Origin: Paraspadella gotoi
Taxonomy: Eukaryota > Animalia > Chaetognatha
Length of the DNA: 64,000 nt
Direction of reading: 5' to 3'
Assembly: GCA_051294375.1 (NCBI GenBank)
Contig: CM119271.1
Location: 9,944,291-10,008,290 of the forward strand
Positions 37,722-49,248 of this stretch are shown in pieces (position 1 is the stretch's first letter; each line of letters begins with the position of its first letter). The position numbers and the translations under genes were made by a program. The notes below the pieces were generated by a model, which was given only the letters and a program-made list of their open reading frames with translations, made no database searches and was not told the DNA's origin.

Positions 37722-40033
37722 CTACTCTTCTTCAAAAATGTCGATCTCCGGCAAATCGTCAAGACGATTCAAGAGCTTGTCGTAGAGTTCTGCCATAATC
37801 CTTTCGTCGACGGAGTGCAGCGGCCCGTTGACGTGCGGTCGCGGGAGGACGCCGAAAGGGCTGAAGCCCAACTGGGAGGTGGCGCTTTCCTCTAAGAGAA
37901 GAATGGCCGCCAAGGCGTCGCCCTCGTTAGCCTGGATGAAGTGAGGGAACGGCTCGTGTGAGAACTGCAAAAGTTAGAATCACAAAATGTAAAACCCACC
38001 AAATCTGAACCTACCTGATCGCTAAGCCTCAGCTTGGCGTGAGCGACGGCGAAAGACGCGAGAGTCTGCGCGCCGGAAATGGGAAAGGCGGCGCCGCGTT
38101 TCCTGGCGACGGCGAAGTAGGCGCTCAAGAGAGCCTGCGCCTCGGGGGTCAAATCCGGCGTGGATCGAGCGGCGAAAGTAAAGAAAGAGACGAGATCAAA
38201 GCGGGAGAGAGATTCGGAATCGTTGTTGTTGTTGTTGGGCGACATCTCTAGAATAAACTCGGCCAGGATCGATGTAGTCTCCTCGTTCGCGGTCAGATCG
38301 GGAGAGTCCGTGAACACGCGCACAGGGAACACCTCTTCCAAGCCTCTCGCCACCGGGGAAGTCTTCCCGTCTTTCTCCTCCACTTCGCAGCAGCACCATA
38401 CGACGCAATTCCGCGGCGGCGGCTGCGACGTCGACGACGCCGCGGCTCCTCGGCGCGAGGTCGCGTCGTGGCATTCGAGAGTGTGCTTCAGGGCGTCGAG
38501 CTGAGAATTTTTCAGATGAGCGAGTTGACCGACCAGACAGACGCCGTCGCGAGAGAGGAGGAGGGAGTCGGCGTCGGCGGAGAACACAGAGTTTGATTTG
38601 GACGTCTGGAAGTTTTAATTTAATTTTAATATTCATTAAAATATTCATTTAATAAAACATTAGAGCAATAAAACGTACCAAACAATTTTAAAGAGACAAA
38701 CAAATTACAAACACACCTTGGAAAGCAGCGGCGTCAGAGCGGAATGCCTCCGGAAATTCGGCGCCAAACGACCGAAGAATTCGAGAAGCCTTTCGATCGT
38801 CGTCGTTTCTCCGCCACAGACGAGGAGATCGATCCGCAGCCGCGTCAGATTCTCGGCGTCGCCGGCCGCCAGCGCCAACGACAGCAGCAGCGTTAACTTG
38901 AGACGGTGAAAGGTTGATGGAGGAGCGACGCCGTTTGCGGACAAGAACGCCAGCGTCCACGTGAAACGCCACGGGGATCCGATGGTGGAGGCGATGAGGC
39001 GTAGAATCGATTCGGGAAGATCGTTGAAACGCGGGGCGGCGTGAAGGCAGGATCGAGGATCGATCGTTGTCTCTTTCCTCCTCCAGTTGATGGCTTCGAC
39101 GTGGACGGAAGAGTCTTGCCAGATTCGCAGCCTCTTTTCGGCCAAACCGATGACTTCGAGCGAATCTCCGACGCGGATGTCGAGTACGCCGTCGACGAAC
39201 GACTCTCTCGCCGTAACGACCACGCCCTCCGCCCACGCACGGTCCGTGACGCCGAAGGTCTTACTCGGCAGCACCGCGAACGTCACGCAATCGGCGATGC
39301 AGCGCTGGGCCGCGTCCTCGGCCATGCGTTTGCCGCACTCGGGGCAAGACTTGAAAGGCGACTGCGGGTCTAGCTCCTCGTCGCCGAATCGCATGACCCT
39401 CCAGAGAGACTCGCCGAAGAAGGGGCATTGAAGTCGGCCGCAGGAGAAGAGCGTCGCCGATACGTACTTGACAGGGGGCGTGGCGGAAATAACGACGCCG
39501 CGGAGCAGAACCAAACCGGCGTCGTCAGAGTTTCGACGAATCACGTCTCGAACGCTTGCGACGCAAAATCTTTCGGCGTCGTCAGATGCGGGCGTCGTCG
39601 GCAGCTTCGGCAGAAAAGGAATCGAAAATCGGACGGTCAGTTCCGGCGCCGTCAGATTAGCCGGCGACGGAATACGATCGCCGAGAGATGCGAAAACCAC
39701 TGAGGCGAACAGGCGTTGCGCAACGCGAGGCCTTTCTAAGACGAGGCCCGCCAGGCGGGGCGAGTGGCTCATCAGGCGAAGGGGATCGATTGGAATGTCG
39801 AGGACGATGAGACGGAATCTGCGACTGGGAGTCCGAGGATCGGTGCTCCGAAAATGAGTCAGGGACGATGGAAACGACGATGGAATCGACGATGGAAACG
39901 ACGATGGAATCGAGGATTCTTGAGAGGAACCATCCAATTCGTCGGCCAGTTGAGTCTCCAGTTTTTTGTAAATTCCAGTTTGAGTGAAATAGGAGGCCAC
40001 CATGGAATGAAGTTCCAGGTCCCAGTCGGTCAT
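37722..40033 (-). CDS. MCMDC2: MCM domain-containing protein 2 (meiotic MCM-like, degenerate ATPase), 3 exons
   Basis: Start MTDWDLELH; MCM N-terminal OB/Zn (LRGVVISATPPVKY...C..CP...CPEC); LKLTLLLSL; SADADSLLLSRDGVCLVGQLAHLK..QLDALK..LE; LLSAYFAVARK; HAKLRLSDQANEGDALAAILLLEES. Confidence 0.85.
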
Positions 40034-41188
40034 AGTGCAAATTTTTGGGTTTTTTTTGTTACTGTGCCTGGAAAAAAAGCGTTCGAGACCCTTGCTACAA
40101 CTACTACAACATGGACCGTCTTTTAACGCGACGGTGTTAGTTAAAACGATTAAAACAATTATTGAGGAAAGTAGTTCACAGGAAATGCTACCCCAGATGC
40201 TAGCAGTCATAAGGCACGGCTGATTGTGGACAAATTCATGCATGGTGAACCAGGTGCTAGCATCGTTTATAAGTGAGCAGTCACCATCTTTCCTCAAAGA
40301 GTACAAATGATTTGATAACATATATTTGAGAAAATTTTAATAAAATTCCGCAACAGTAAAAAAAAAACAGAAAAGATTCCATAAATAATTTGTGGGTGAA
40401 AAAATACCCGGTACTTTGTGCAACAAAACCTGGACGACAGGTTGAAAAGGAAAACTCCCCCCTTCTGTCAGTCCCGTCAGGGGAATGTGCCGAAAATAGA
40501 CCGCAAAATCACGCACAAAAATAGAGAAATACTACGACTCGAGTATAAAAATCTCCGAGAGAGGAAGCGCCAAGGTATCTACGTAGTACATCGATTAAAA
40601 AAAGCCGTCTTAATTGATATCCGTATATTTTAGTGGTTTAGTTATGAAAGATCAGGAAAAATTGTAAATAAATGTAAAAAGATCACTAAAAAGCCTGATA
40701 AAATCAGTTTTGATCAGATTTCTTCGAAAGCGTGTATACGTTGAGCAATCAAAGCTTAGCGGTTTTGAGCCTAAGTCACCTAAATTCACATCCGTAAAGA
40801 AAATAAAAAAAAAGAATTATAACCCAGGTAGACTCGAGACCCGAGCATAGTTTTGAGAAGAAGACAAAGATACTTTTTATTCATATTTGATAAGCCCTCA
40901 ATATGTAAATATTAACTTATAAATCTTAATATAAGCAGCTTCCGTCGTCATCGTCGCCGCCGCATTATCTATTCACTATTATTCGCTTCTTCTCGTTCAT
41001 TACGTTTTTTCTCCTCAAACGTTCCCCCCATCAACTCTGGATCCACTAAAAAAAAATCTGGTACCCAATTCAAGAGACACGCCCGACAACTAAATCCCAC
41101 ACCCAAAAAAAATTTTTAACTAGTAGTAGCGATGTCATTTTCCTTAAAATCGTTCCTGGTTTTTTTTTTTTAAATTTGCCCCAAACGA

Positions 41189-41252
<64 letters not shown>

Positions 41253-41257
41253 CCCTC

Positions 41258-43968
41258 TCATAGAATTCGACACTCCTGATTGGAGGCGTCATCGGTGGCG
41301 TCGCTCATTCCGTGTTCGTCGATGTCCGGGATTTCGTTGTTCAATTCCCAGAGGAGATATTGATCAAAGGTGATCTTCCCGAAGACGTAGTCCTTAGTCT
41401 TGAGCCAACGTCTGGAGTAGACGAGGAGCGTGGCGATGGCGAGGATGAAGCCTTCGAACTCCATCAATCCGCGTTTGGTGCCGTAGAGCTTCACCAACAC
41501 CGTCACCACGCGCCGACTAGCTTTGATCTTGAGTGCGCGGAAGGCCTTGGGCAGTTCCGAGGCGTCGAAGTATCTGGAGGAAGGGGCGAGTAGTGGAAGG
41601 ACTTACTTTTGTCTCATCTTCGCCTTACACGTCGCCTTACACGTCGACTTACCCGTCCTGATTGATATCCAACTGGCGAAAGGTGTTGTGATAAACTTTA
41701 ATGCTCTCCCAACACTCCTTCAACTCGTAGCGGTTTATCCTCTTGTTCCCCGAGTAGTCGAAGCACTCGAGGATTTTGATGCAGGTCGTGCGACTGAACG
41801 CCTCGTCGATGCGGAGCACGCCGTAGAGGAGCTGCTTGAGGATGAGCTGGAGCTCGTGGGCGTCCACGAAGGCGTCATCTGCCGAGTATTTCCGGTAGAG
41901 TTCGTCGAGGAGTTCCGTCTCCGCTTGAGAGACGGGCGCCACCGGATCGGTGTCTTCCTCCATGGGCTCGGCCGTCGCGGGGCCAAGGGTGAGGAAGCGG
42001 ACGAGGAACTCACCCTCGATGCGTTCGTAGTAGACGCTGGGGATGACCACGTAGACGCCTGAGGGCGGGAGGGAGAGAGAGAGAAAAGAGAGATATTTAT
42101 GAAATCACGAAGCGATTTATGACCCATTCGAAATAATCCACTTCCCAATCCCCACGGTTTATCTCCCCTCTTACCTGGATCAAAGAAAAACGTCTTTGCG
42201 ATCTCCCTGTCATAAGCGTAGATTCCGTAACTCCCCGCGTAATCCAACTCGTCCGGCCGGTAAGCCTTCTTGACTACCGCCGTCTTTGGCTTGAAGATGT
42301 GAAAGTTGATCGGCAGATCGTTTTGGTCCTGACCCGTCAGAGTCCGCATGAGACGCCGGCGCATCTGCATGACGGAGACGACGATGGGCACTTTGGACCC
42401 GAGATTAAAGCCCGGCGGGCGAGAGAGCTCCACGCGGAACTGCGGATTGACGAAGGTGCGGTCCCGTCCGCCGGCGGTGGCGCCGCGGACCCAGGCGCCT
42501 TCGAAGGTCTTCTCGCCCCACTCGAACTTGGTCCGATCGAGGACGGTGTCGCGATTCTTGGAGAACATGACGGCGGCGAGGGTGTCGGGCGTGAGGTGGG
42601 CGAACATGACGGCGTCGAAGTTATCGATGAAGTCGGAGAAAGAGATCCAGAATTCTCCGTCCTGTTCGATCTTGAGGTCGAGTGAATTACGGTTCTCTTC
42701 CGTCACTAGGTTCCAGTAGCTCGACTTGTCAGACCACTTCCCCTTCCATTCGTTACGATCGCCCCACGGGTTGCGCACGCGCACTAGCTTCACGTGATCT
42801 ATGGTTTTTACTGTAAGGAAAAGGGCAAACGGTGAGTAATGGAAGGGGAAGCCTTATCGCTTGAGGACCAATTTAACCTCACCTTCGACGTCGACCTCCT
42901 TCACGGCTGTGATGGAGTAGGCGTGACGGGCGAAGAGCCCCGACTGCAGCTCCACCTCTCCCTCCGCTGTTGTCCCCTTGGGAGCGAAGATGCCGGCGGC
43001 CAGCACGGGGCCGTATTCGGAGTCGTTCGACGCCATCATTCGGTTCCACAGGTGATCGGAATCTTTGAGCTTCTCCTTCAGCGAGACCATCTCGCCGATG
43101 GCGCCCGTCATGTCTACAAGAGCGTCCTGTGGCAGACCGCCGTTGAGAGCCTGAAGAAGATCAGCGTAAAATGATGTAAACAATCAAAAATGGTAAGAAA
43201 TCGTAATGAAAACACAAGATGAACCACAAACCTCGTAGCTCCCGAAGCACTTGGCGTAGGCCTTCTCGCAAAGAGCGCTCCAAAACTCGTTGGGCTGATC
43301 CCGATTGTGACAGAAGCAGAGGCGGTTCTCCCTCGTGTTGTAAGGGAGTCGATCGTCGATGATGACTCTCTCCCATTTTCCGAATCGCCAAAAGTTGAAC
43401 ATGAAGATTCCCGCGTAGTCGCGATCGAACGACTGGTTTTTCGGGACCACGTTCTCGAGAAGAGCCGGCCGCGCCGCCACCGAGGCGAGGGCGGAGAGGT
43501 ACCTAGAAAAGGGGGGATGATATTATTTGGAGTGTATTTACATTAGTCAAAATGGAAAAAGTAATATTTAAAGACAATTAATAAACAAATTAAATTTTAA
43601 ATATTTATAAAAACCAACCGGGCTCACCAGCAATCCCCGAGGTCGTGCTGGTCAACGTCGAATCGAACTCGAGTTCCGGTGATGAACTTGGGATCGGCGA
43701 CGATCTCAGACGGACGGCGCCAAACGACGTCGCGCGGCGTCGCCTGGGAATAGTAGAGCGTAGACCCTTCCGCCGGAAACTCGATATCCTCGTACATGGC
43801 TCCTCGAGCGACGAGGCGCCGCTTGATTCTCTCAAAGTCCTCGGCTTTGGATCGGCCCAATCGCTCCGTCAACGTGAGACGAGACTCGATCGGCTCCAGC
43901 CTCAGGGATCCCTTGGAGGCGATTTGGAAGGCGGGAGTCGCCTCCTGGATCTCCTCCGTGTTCAACAT
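41258..43968 (-). CDS. Classical calpain (CysPc, C2-like domain III, penta-EF), 6 exons
   Basis: YEDIEFPA; WRRPSEI; QHDLGDCW (catalytic Cys); FWRFGKW...IDDRLP; EFWSALCEKAYAK; HAYSIT (His); RNPWG (Asn); DGEFWISF; NPQF; C-terminal EF hands. Confidence 0.93.
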
Positions 43969-44509
43969 GATTTTTCGTCGAGTCGAGAAGTTCGACGGAA
44001 CGTTCCTTTCGCCCAACCGTTCGATGCGAACCTTTTTTTTAGAACCCTGAAGTGTCTCGGAGGGAAGAAGAGTAAAATGGCTAAAAGTGAGCGGTGAGCA
44101 AATAGAATATTGAGAGAATTCTACAGCGACACGAGTTTCTGTTTAAAAAAAAAAAAAAAAGGAAAAAAAGACGCGACGCCTTCATTAAAATAATAAAAGG
44201 AAGGACGGCCCCACGGCTCGCACGAACTGTAAGGACGCGTCGCGGAAAGAAAAAGATTTCCGATGAAACTGGAGCAATTTAAAAACGTTTACTCCGAAAA
44301 AAAAAAACAATTCTAAGCCGAATCGCCGGTGCAACTCGAAAGTTATAAAAAAAAAATCGCTGTCACAATTAACTTATTAACTTATTAAGCATAGAATTGA
44401 TGAAATTAATGACAATAAAAATCTGAACTTTAAACGTCAACACATTTCTATCACAGATAAAAAAAATAACAAAAATTCTTCACAAATGCTCATATAACAA
44501 GATAACAGG

Positions 44510-44752
44510 CAGGGTTGGCAATAAAAAACCCAACAAAAAAACAAAAAACCCAGCTAAAAAAACTCAAAAAAACCTACTAAAAAGTGTTTTTTGTTTTGTT
44601 TTTTTTAAATTACTTTATTTTTTAATGTGAAACATTAAATTGTTGAAGCAAAAATTCAAATCATATTAGATTTATCTCAAATTTTAAAAAACCCAAACAA
44701 ACCAATAAAAACCCAATAAAACCCAAAAAGACCCAGGTTTTTGCCAACCCTG
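44510..44752. mobile_element. hAT-type MITE
   Basis: TIR CAGGGTTGGCA / TGCCAACCCTG with 8-bp TSD ATAACAGG on both sides. Confidence 0.9.
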
Positions 44753-45484
44753 ATAACAGGGGGTTTAATTTTATGAGATTTAGGTTAAGAAATAGTATTT
44801 TGAAAATATACGATCTGTTTTAAATCACAATCATTTCATAATCTGATAACTTTAACGAAAAGTAGTTAAAATGTTGTTTCGTAACCCTGGGTTGCTCGAA
44901 CTACGTACATTCAAACTGACCTCGAACCTAAAAAGATATTTGAATTAAAAAAAAAGAAATAAAATTTATATGAATTCAAATCTAGAGGGGATACAAGAAA
45001 CAATATAGTACAAAACTATTCCCACACAAAAAAATTAGAATAATAAAGGTGAAAGATTTTCTACTAGATGCTCCAAGCACAAACTGCGTATTTTGGTGTA
45101 AAATGAATAGTTTTAGGGTGGTGAAGTCGCTTTGTTCACGACGAAGGACTAAAAAAAAACCATTTAAAAACTCTTAGTTTCATAAAATTAATTAAAACTA
45201 CGATATCGAAGTGGAAAAGGATTTTCCTTACAAAACCTAATTTACATATAGAAAGTAATTTGAAAATCCTTTACACCTATAATATTTTAAAAACCACAAC
45301 GCTGACGAATTTTACACCACAATTTAGCAGCACATATTGACATTACACCAGAAGTCCCATTTTAAGCTACATATTTCGGAGACAATATTGTGGACAATCT
45401 CAATCTAACACATATATCTGCCAAAGCCCAGAAGATGGAATGTCGAATTTAAGGCAGCAATGAAAGGCCTTCAAAGAGCGGCTC

Positions 45485-46320
45485 TTATTGATATTTTTCG
45501 ATCAAGCCTCTCAGCTTTACTTCGTTGGCTCCCTTCATCGTTTCAAGTTTCTTCCCGGACTTGAAAAAAATGAAGGTGGGCATCGCCTTGGGGGGGAGAG
45601 AAAGAAATAGAATTACGTAGATGGATGGTTAATTTCATTGGTTCTTTCAATAAAAAAGAAATATTTATGATAAAAACAAACCGATTTCGGACAACGCTAA
45701 AAAAAATTCTCCCCCCCCCCTACTGAGCCTCTGATCGTTGTTAAAGCCATACCCTCTCGATTTTCTTACCTTCTTTTTCTGCTGCGGCCATATGCTACCA
45801 TTGCTACCCCGTAATAATAATAATAATATCTATTGATTGATACGTAATTTACTTATTCGTGTTTCCGTAACAGCAACGCGAGTCTTGAACACTTCCGTTT
45901 TAACCCAGTCAGTTTTCAGTTCTATTCCTGTTTCAACAAGCTATACGTTTCAATCGCGGGATTTTCCTACCTCCTTATCGGCTCGACCAATATGCAACAA
46001 TCGAAATATTAATAATCTATATTAATTGATTGAAACTTATTCCTATAGGTATAATTAATCCATACTAATAAATCCACCGATCCTTCATCAACACTAAGGA
46101 TTACCTCGATCTCGTATTCCTCGGCTGTTTCCGAGTTTTTGTCGACGTCGACCTTCAAGAAGACGACGTCATCCATTTCCTTGTCAAACGCCTCGATCTT
46201 AGGCGCGATCATCCTGCAGGGGCCGCACCACGTAGCATAGAAATCTACGACGACCAACTTGTCGCCGGCGGCCGCGAGCTGGGCCTTGAAATCCCCCAGG
46301 GTATCGCACTGGTGAACCAT
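45485..46320 (-). CDS. TXN: Thioredoxin (cytosolic), 2 exons
   Basis: MVHQ...DKLVVVDFYATWCGPCRMIAP...FLKVDVD|AMPTFIFFKSGKK..MKGANEVKL. Confidence 0.95.
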
Positions 46321-46651
46321 GGTTTTGGCAATTGGTCTATCGGTAATAATTTTATTTGATTGGACTGAAAACCATAGAATCGAGAACAAATGTCAAAGAA
46401 GTCACAAAAAAGTGATAAAGCAATAGTTAACGGCTGAAAGCGAACAATTTTTATCAATAACAAGCGTCTTTATAGGTTTCTTTATTTAAATAGCCTTGTT
46501 TGGCATTCTAAAGTTGACGGCACAACTCCAGTTAAAACCACCGCGAAAGCACAGAGACAATGATCCTTAACATTCAACGACTTCGGATCGTGACATTCCT
46601 CATTAAAACTCACCTCCGAAAGTATCACACGACATTCAAATCGAAACGCAA

Positions 46652-47920
46652 CTACATCTCGATGAGGCGTCTCATCAACGAAATGGAAGACCCTCGGTAT
46701 CCCGACCCGAAATGATTCCAATGATTCAAATGATGAAAGAGTTCGTAAAGCTTCACCCGTTTTTCGAAACCGGGAGCTTTGGGGTTGACGGAGTGGTAAC
46801 CTGAGAAAAATATTTGAAAGAAAAGACTAAAGCTATAAAATAGTTATACAAACGATACAAACAATCCATAAAACTCACAAACTTCACATTTCTCATTCGT
46901 CGACCTTTACCGTCAAAAAAGTCCGAGTCGAATCCGCCGAACATATTGATGATTCCGAACTCAAACTCTGAGTGGCCGAAGAAAGAGGCGGGATCGAAGA
47001 TGACGGGAAGTGAGGCGCCATCTTTGGATCGAGTCTGTGCCACGTTTCCTTTCCAAAGATCGCCATGAACTAAAGCTGGACACACGTCCACGTCTGACGA
47101 AAAAAAAAAAATATCTATCAGAATTTAAATGCTGTGGTGAGAGTTAGAGTTGAAGCATAAAACGAAAATAACCCGTAATTGGTATCGCACCTTTAAAAAA
47201 AGACGGGATCTTCCTCAACAGATTTCCCCACAGCTCATGCGCTTCCCTGTCCGACTTGAGTGACTCAGAGTCGAGCTGAGCGCCGAGACGTTGTCGACAG
47301 TAGAACTGAACCCAATCGTCGCTCCACTCGTTGTCGAGCGGAAGAAATCCGCAGCAGGTCGTCGTGTCGAAGCCGAAACGCGTCATGGGCTGGGCGGCGG
47401 CCTCGCCACCGACGGAGGACGACGTTGCGGCCTCGGTCGATCGCCGGTTGTGGAGGTGGAGATTGGCGAGTTCGCGTCCCAAGATTGAGCTACACTTCGA
47501 GTCTAACGAGGAATTCATGTCCACGTATTCGGTAACCAAAAAAGCGCCTGGGGAATGTGGGCGAGATATTTAAGGAATTAAATAAAGTAGGCGATATTTA
47601 GGAATTTGCGTAAATGATAAAAATTTTGAAAGGTTTTTTTTTAAATTTTTTTAAATTTCCGACCCATCCCCCTTACCCTTCTTATAATCCCCAACGGCGA
47701 TTGGCGCCGGCGCCGTGATCGTCTTCGTATCTCTGATTTCCTTCAAACTCGCCGCTTCACCGTCAAACATCCGCCGCGATCCCGACTTGGCGTTGTGCTT
47801 GACGTAGATATTCGATCCGTCGTCGAGGGTGTAGGCGACGCCTTCGTTGACGCAGCCGCCGCCACCGGCGAACCGAACGAGAGTCTTGGTCTTGACGAGG
47901 GATTTGACAGCGTCCTCCAT
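46652..47920 (-). CDS. FN3KRP: Fructosamine/ketosamine-3-kinase (FN3K/FN3KRP family), 4 exons
   Basis: GGGCVN; [14 protein letters not shown]; [22 protein letters not shown]; [12 protein letters not shown]; [14 protein letters not shown]; [19 protein letters not shown]. Confidence 0.92.
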
Positions 47921-47938
47921 CACTCTGTCAAATCCTCC

Positions 47939-48145
47939 TTAGTTCCACTTGGGCTTGAGAGTTTTAATCTTTTCGATCTCACGGTACAAAACGTTTTGCT
48001 GAACCAAGGGATCGAACTTGATGAGCTCCACTTTCTCGGCGAGGCGAGGCCGCTTGACGATGTGGCGGTGACCGCTGCCCGAGAGGCTCTCCAGCAAGAC
48101 CACCACGTATTTGCCTTTGGCCAAAGTCGGTCGAGTCAGAAACAT
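47939..48145 (-). CDS. MRPL33: Mitochondrial ribosomal protein L33 (bL33m), single exon
   Basis: MFLTRPTLAKGKYVVVLLESLSGSGH...RPRLAEKVELIKFDPLVQQNVLYRE..KI. Confidence 0.9.
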   Translation of the reverse strand: MFLTRPTLAKGKYVVVLLESLSGSGHRHIVKRPRLAEKVELIKFDPLVQQNVLYREIEKIKTLKPKWN

Positions 48146-48320
48146 TTTACAGTTTCGAAGATCATTTAAGTTTCGTTGATGAAAGCTTCGTCCTTTGAAA
48201 TTAACCGAGTTTATTTAAGGTTCCTGGAGAGGATCGCCGAGGGGTGCTGACAGAAAGAGACTAGAAAAATAAGAAATATTCTTCGAAAATATCGATATCA
48301 AAGGAAGAGAGAGAGAGAGA

Positions 48321-48368
<48 letters not shown>

Positions 48369-49096
48369 CAATTTATTCGTTAAAACTAATTAACTAAACG
48401 GATAAACTAATTCTATTTTTTTTTTAGGGATATGCCCCTAAACCTTAGGGGGACGAGACATAAAACGGAATGAAAAAAGATAATAAACTGAATGAGTCAT
48501 CTAAACTTTAAATGTGAAAGCGACGGATTCATTAGTCGGAGATTCTTAAAAAGAGTGTCGACTGTCGAGTCTCAAACATTGAATCGATTTAAGGATCGTT
48601 TGATATTTTGCCACAATAAAAATAACAGCCAAATTATATTACTCACTGCAGAAACACTTGATGGTTATAGATAATCTCAGAAGGAAATAGCGACAATCGG
48701 TAGGTTTAAAAAAAATAAATAGTAGGCGAGTTGAAGGGAATTGGATTCGATGCCAAAACAGGTTTTTGGCAGGTGACAAGATACGTCATATTTGTATTTA
48801 TTTTTATGATAAAAATATAGTCAATAGCGTAAGCTTTATATAGAAATATATTTATATTTATATATATTATTTATATGTATAATATATATGTATTAGATCA
48901 AAATCTCCTGTAATAAGAAATTTGATAATCCCCTAACTAAAAATAAATAGCGACAAATAAAACATTCACAAACAGAGTATGTCAACAGGAATGTCACAAA
49001 AATGAAGGACAAAAAAAAATAAAGGTTGCACAATGCAATGTTGATTGATACTCGGAGCCGAGAATCCCTGCAAATCAAAGTTGTCCCACGGACTCT

Positions 49097-49248
49097 GTCC
49101 AAATCTTTCTCGTTTCAATCCAAATCTTTCTCGTTTCAGTCCAAATCTTTCTCGTTTCAGTCCAAATCTTTCTCGTTTCAGTCCAAATCTTTCTCGTTTC
49201 TGTCCAAATCTTTCTCGTTTCAGTCCAAATCTTTCTCGTTTCAGTCCA
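49097..49248. repeat. 21-bp tandem repeat x7 (GTCCAAATCTTTCTCGTTTCA) at the PTDSS terminal exon
   Basis: Seen directly. Confidence 0.95.

Noticed and set aside
40034-40321. N-terminal extension of the 538-aa MCMDC2 ORF
   Set aside because: Starts at a non-preferred position in AT-rich sequence; the ATG at 40033 marks the shift to coding-like composition.
47934-47941. TAAGGAGG, a perfect Shine-Dalgarno-like motif before the FN3K ATG
   Set aside because: Both genes are nuclear eukaryotic (FN3K has spliceosomal introns), the spacing of 13 nt is long, and one 8-mer can arise by chance.
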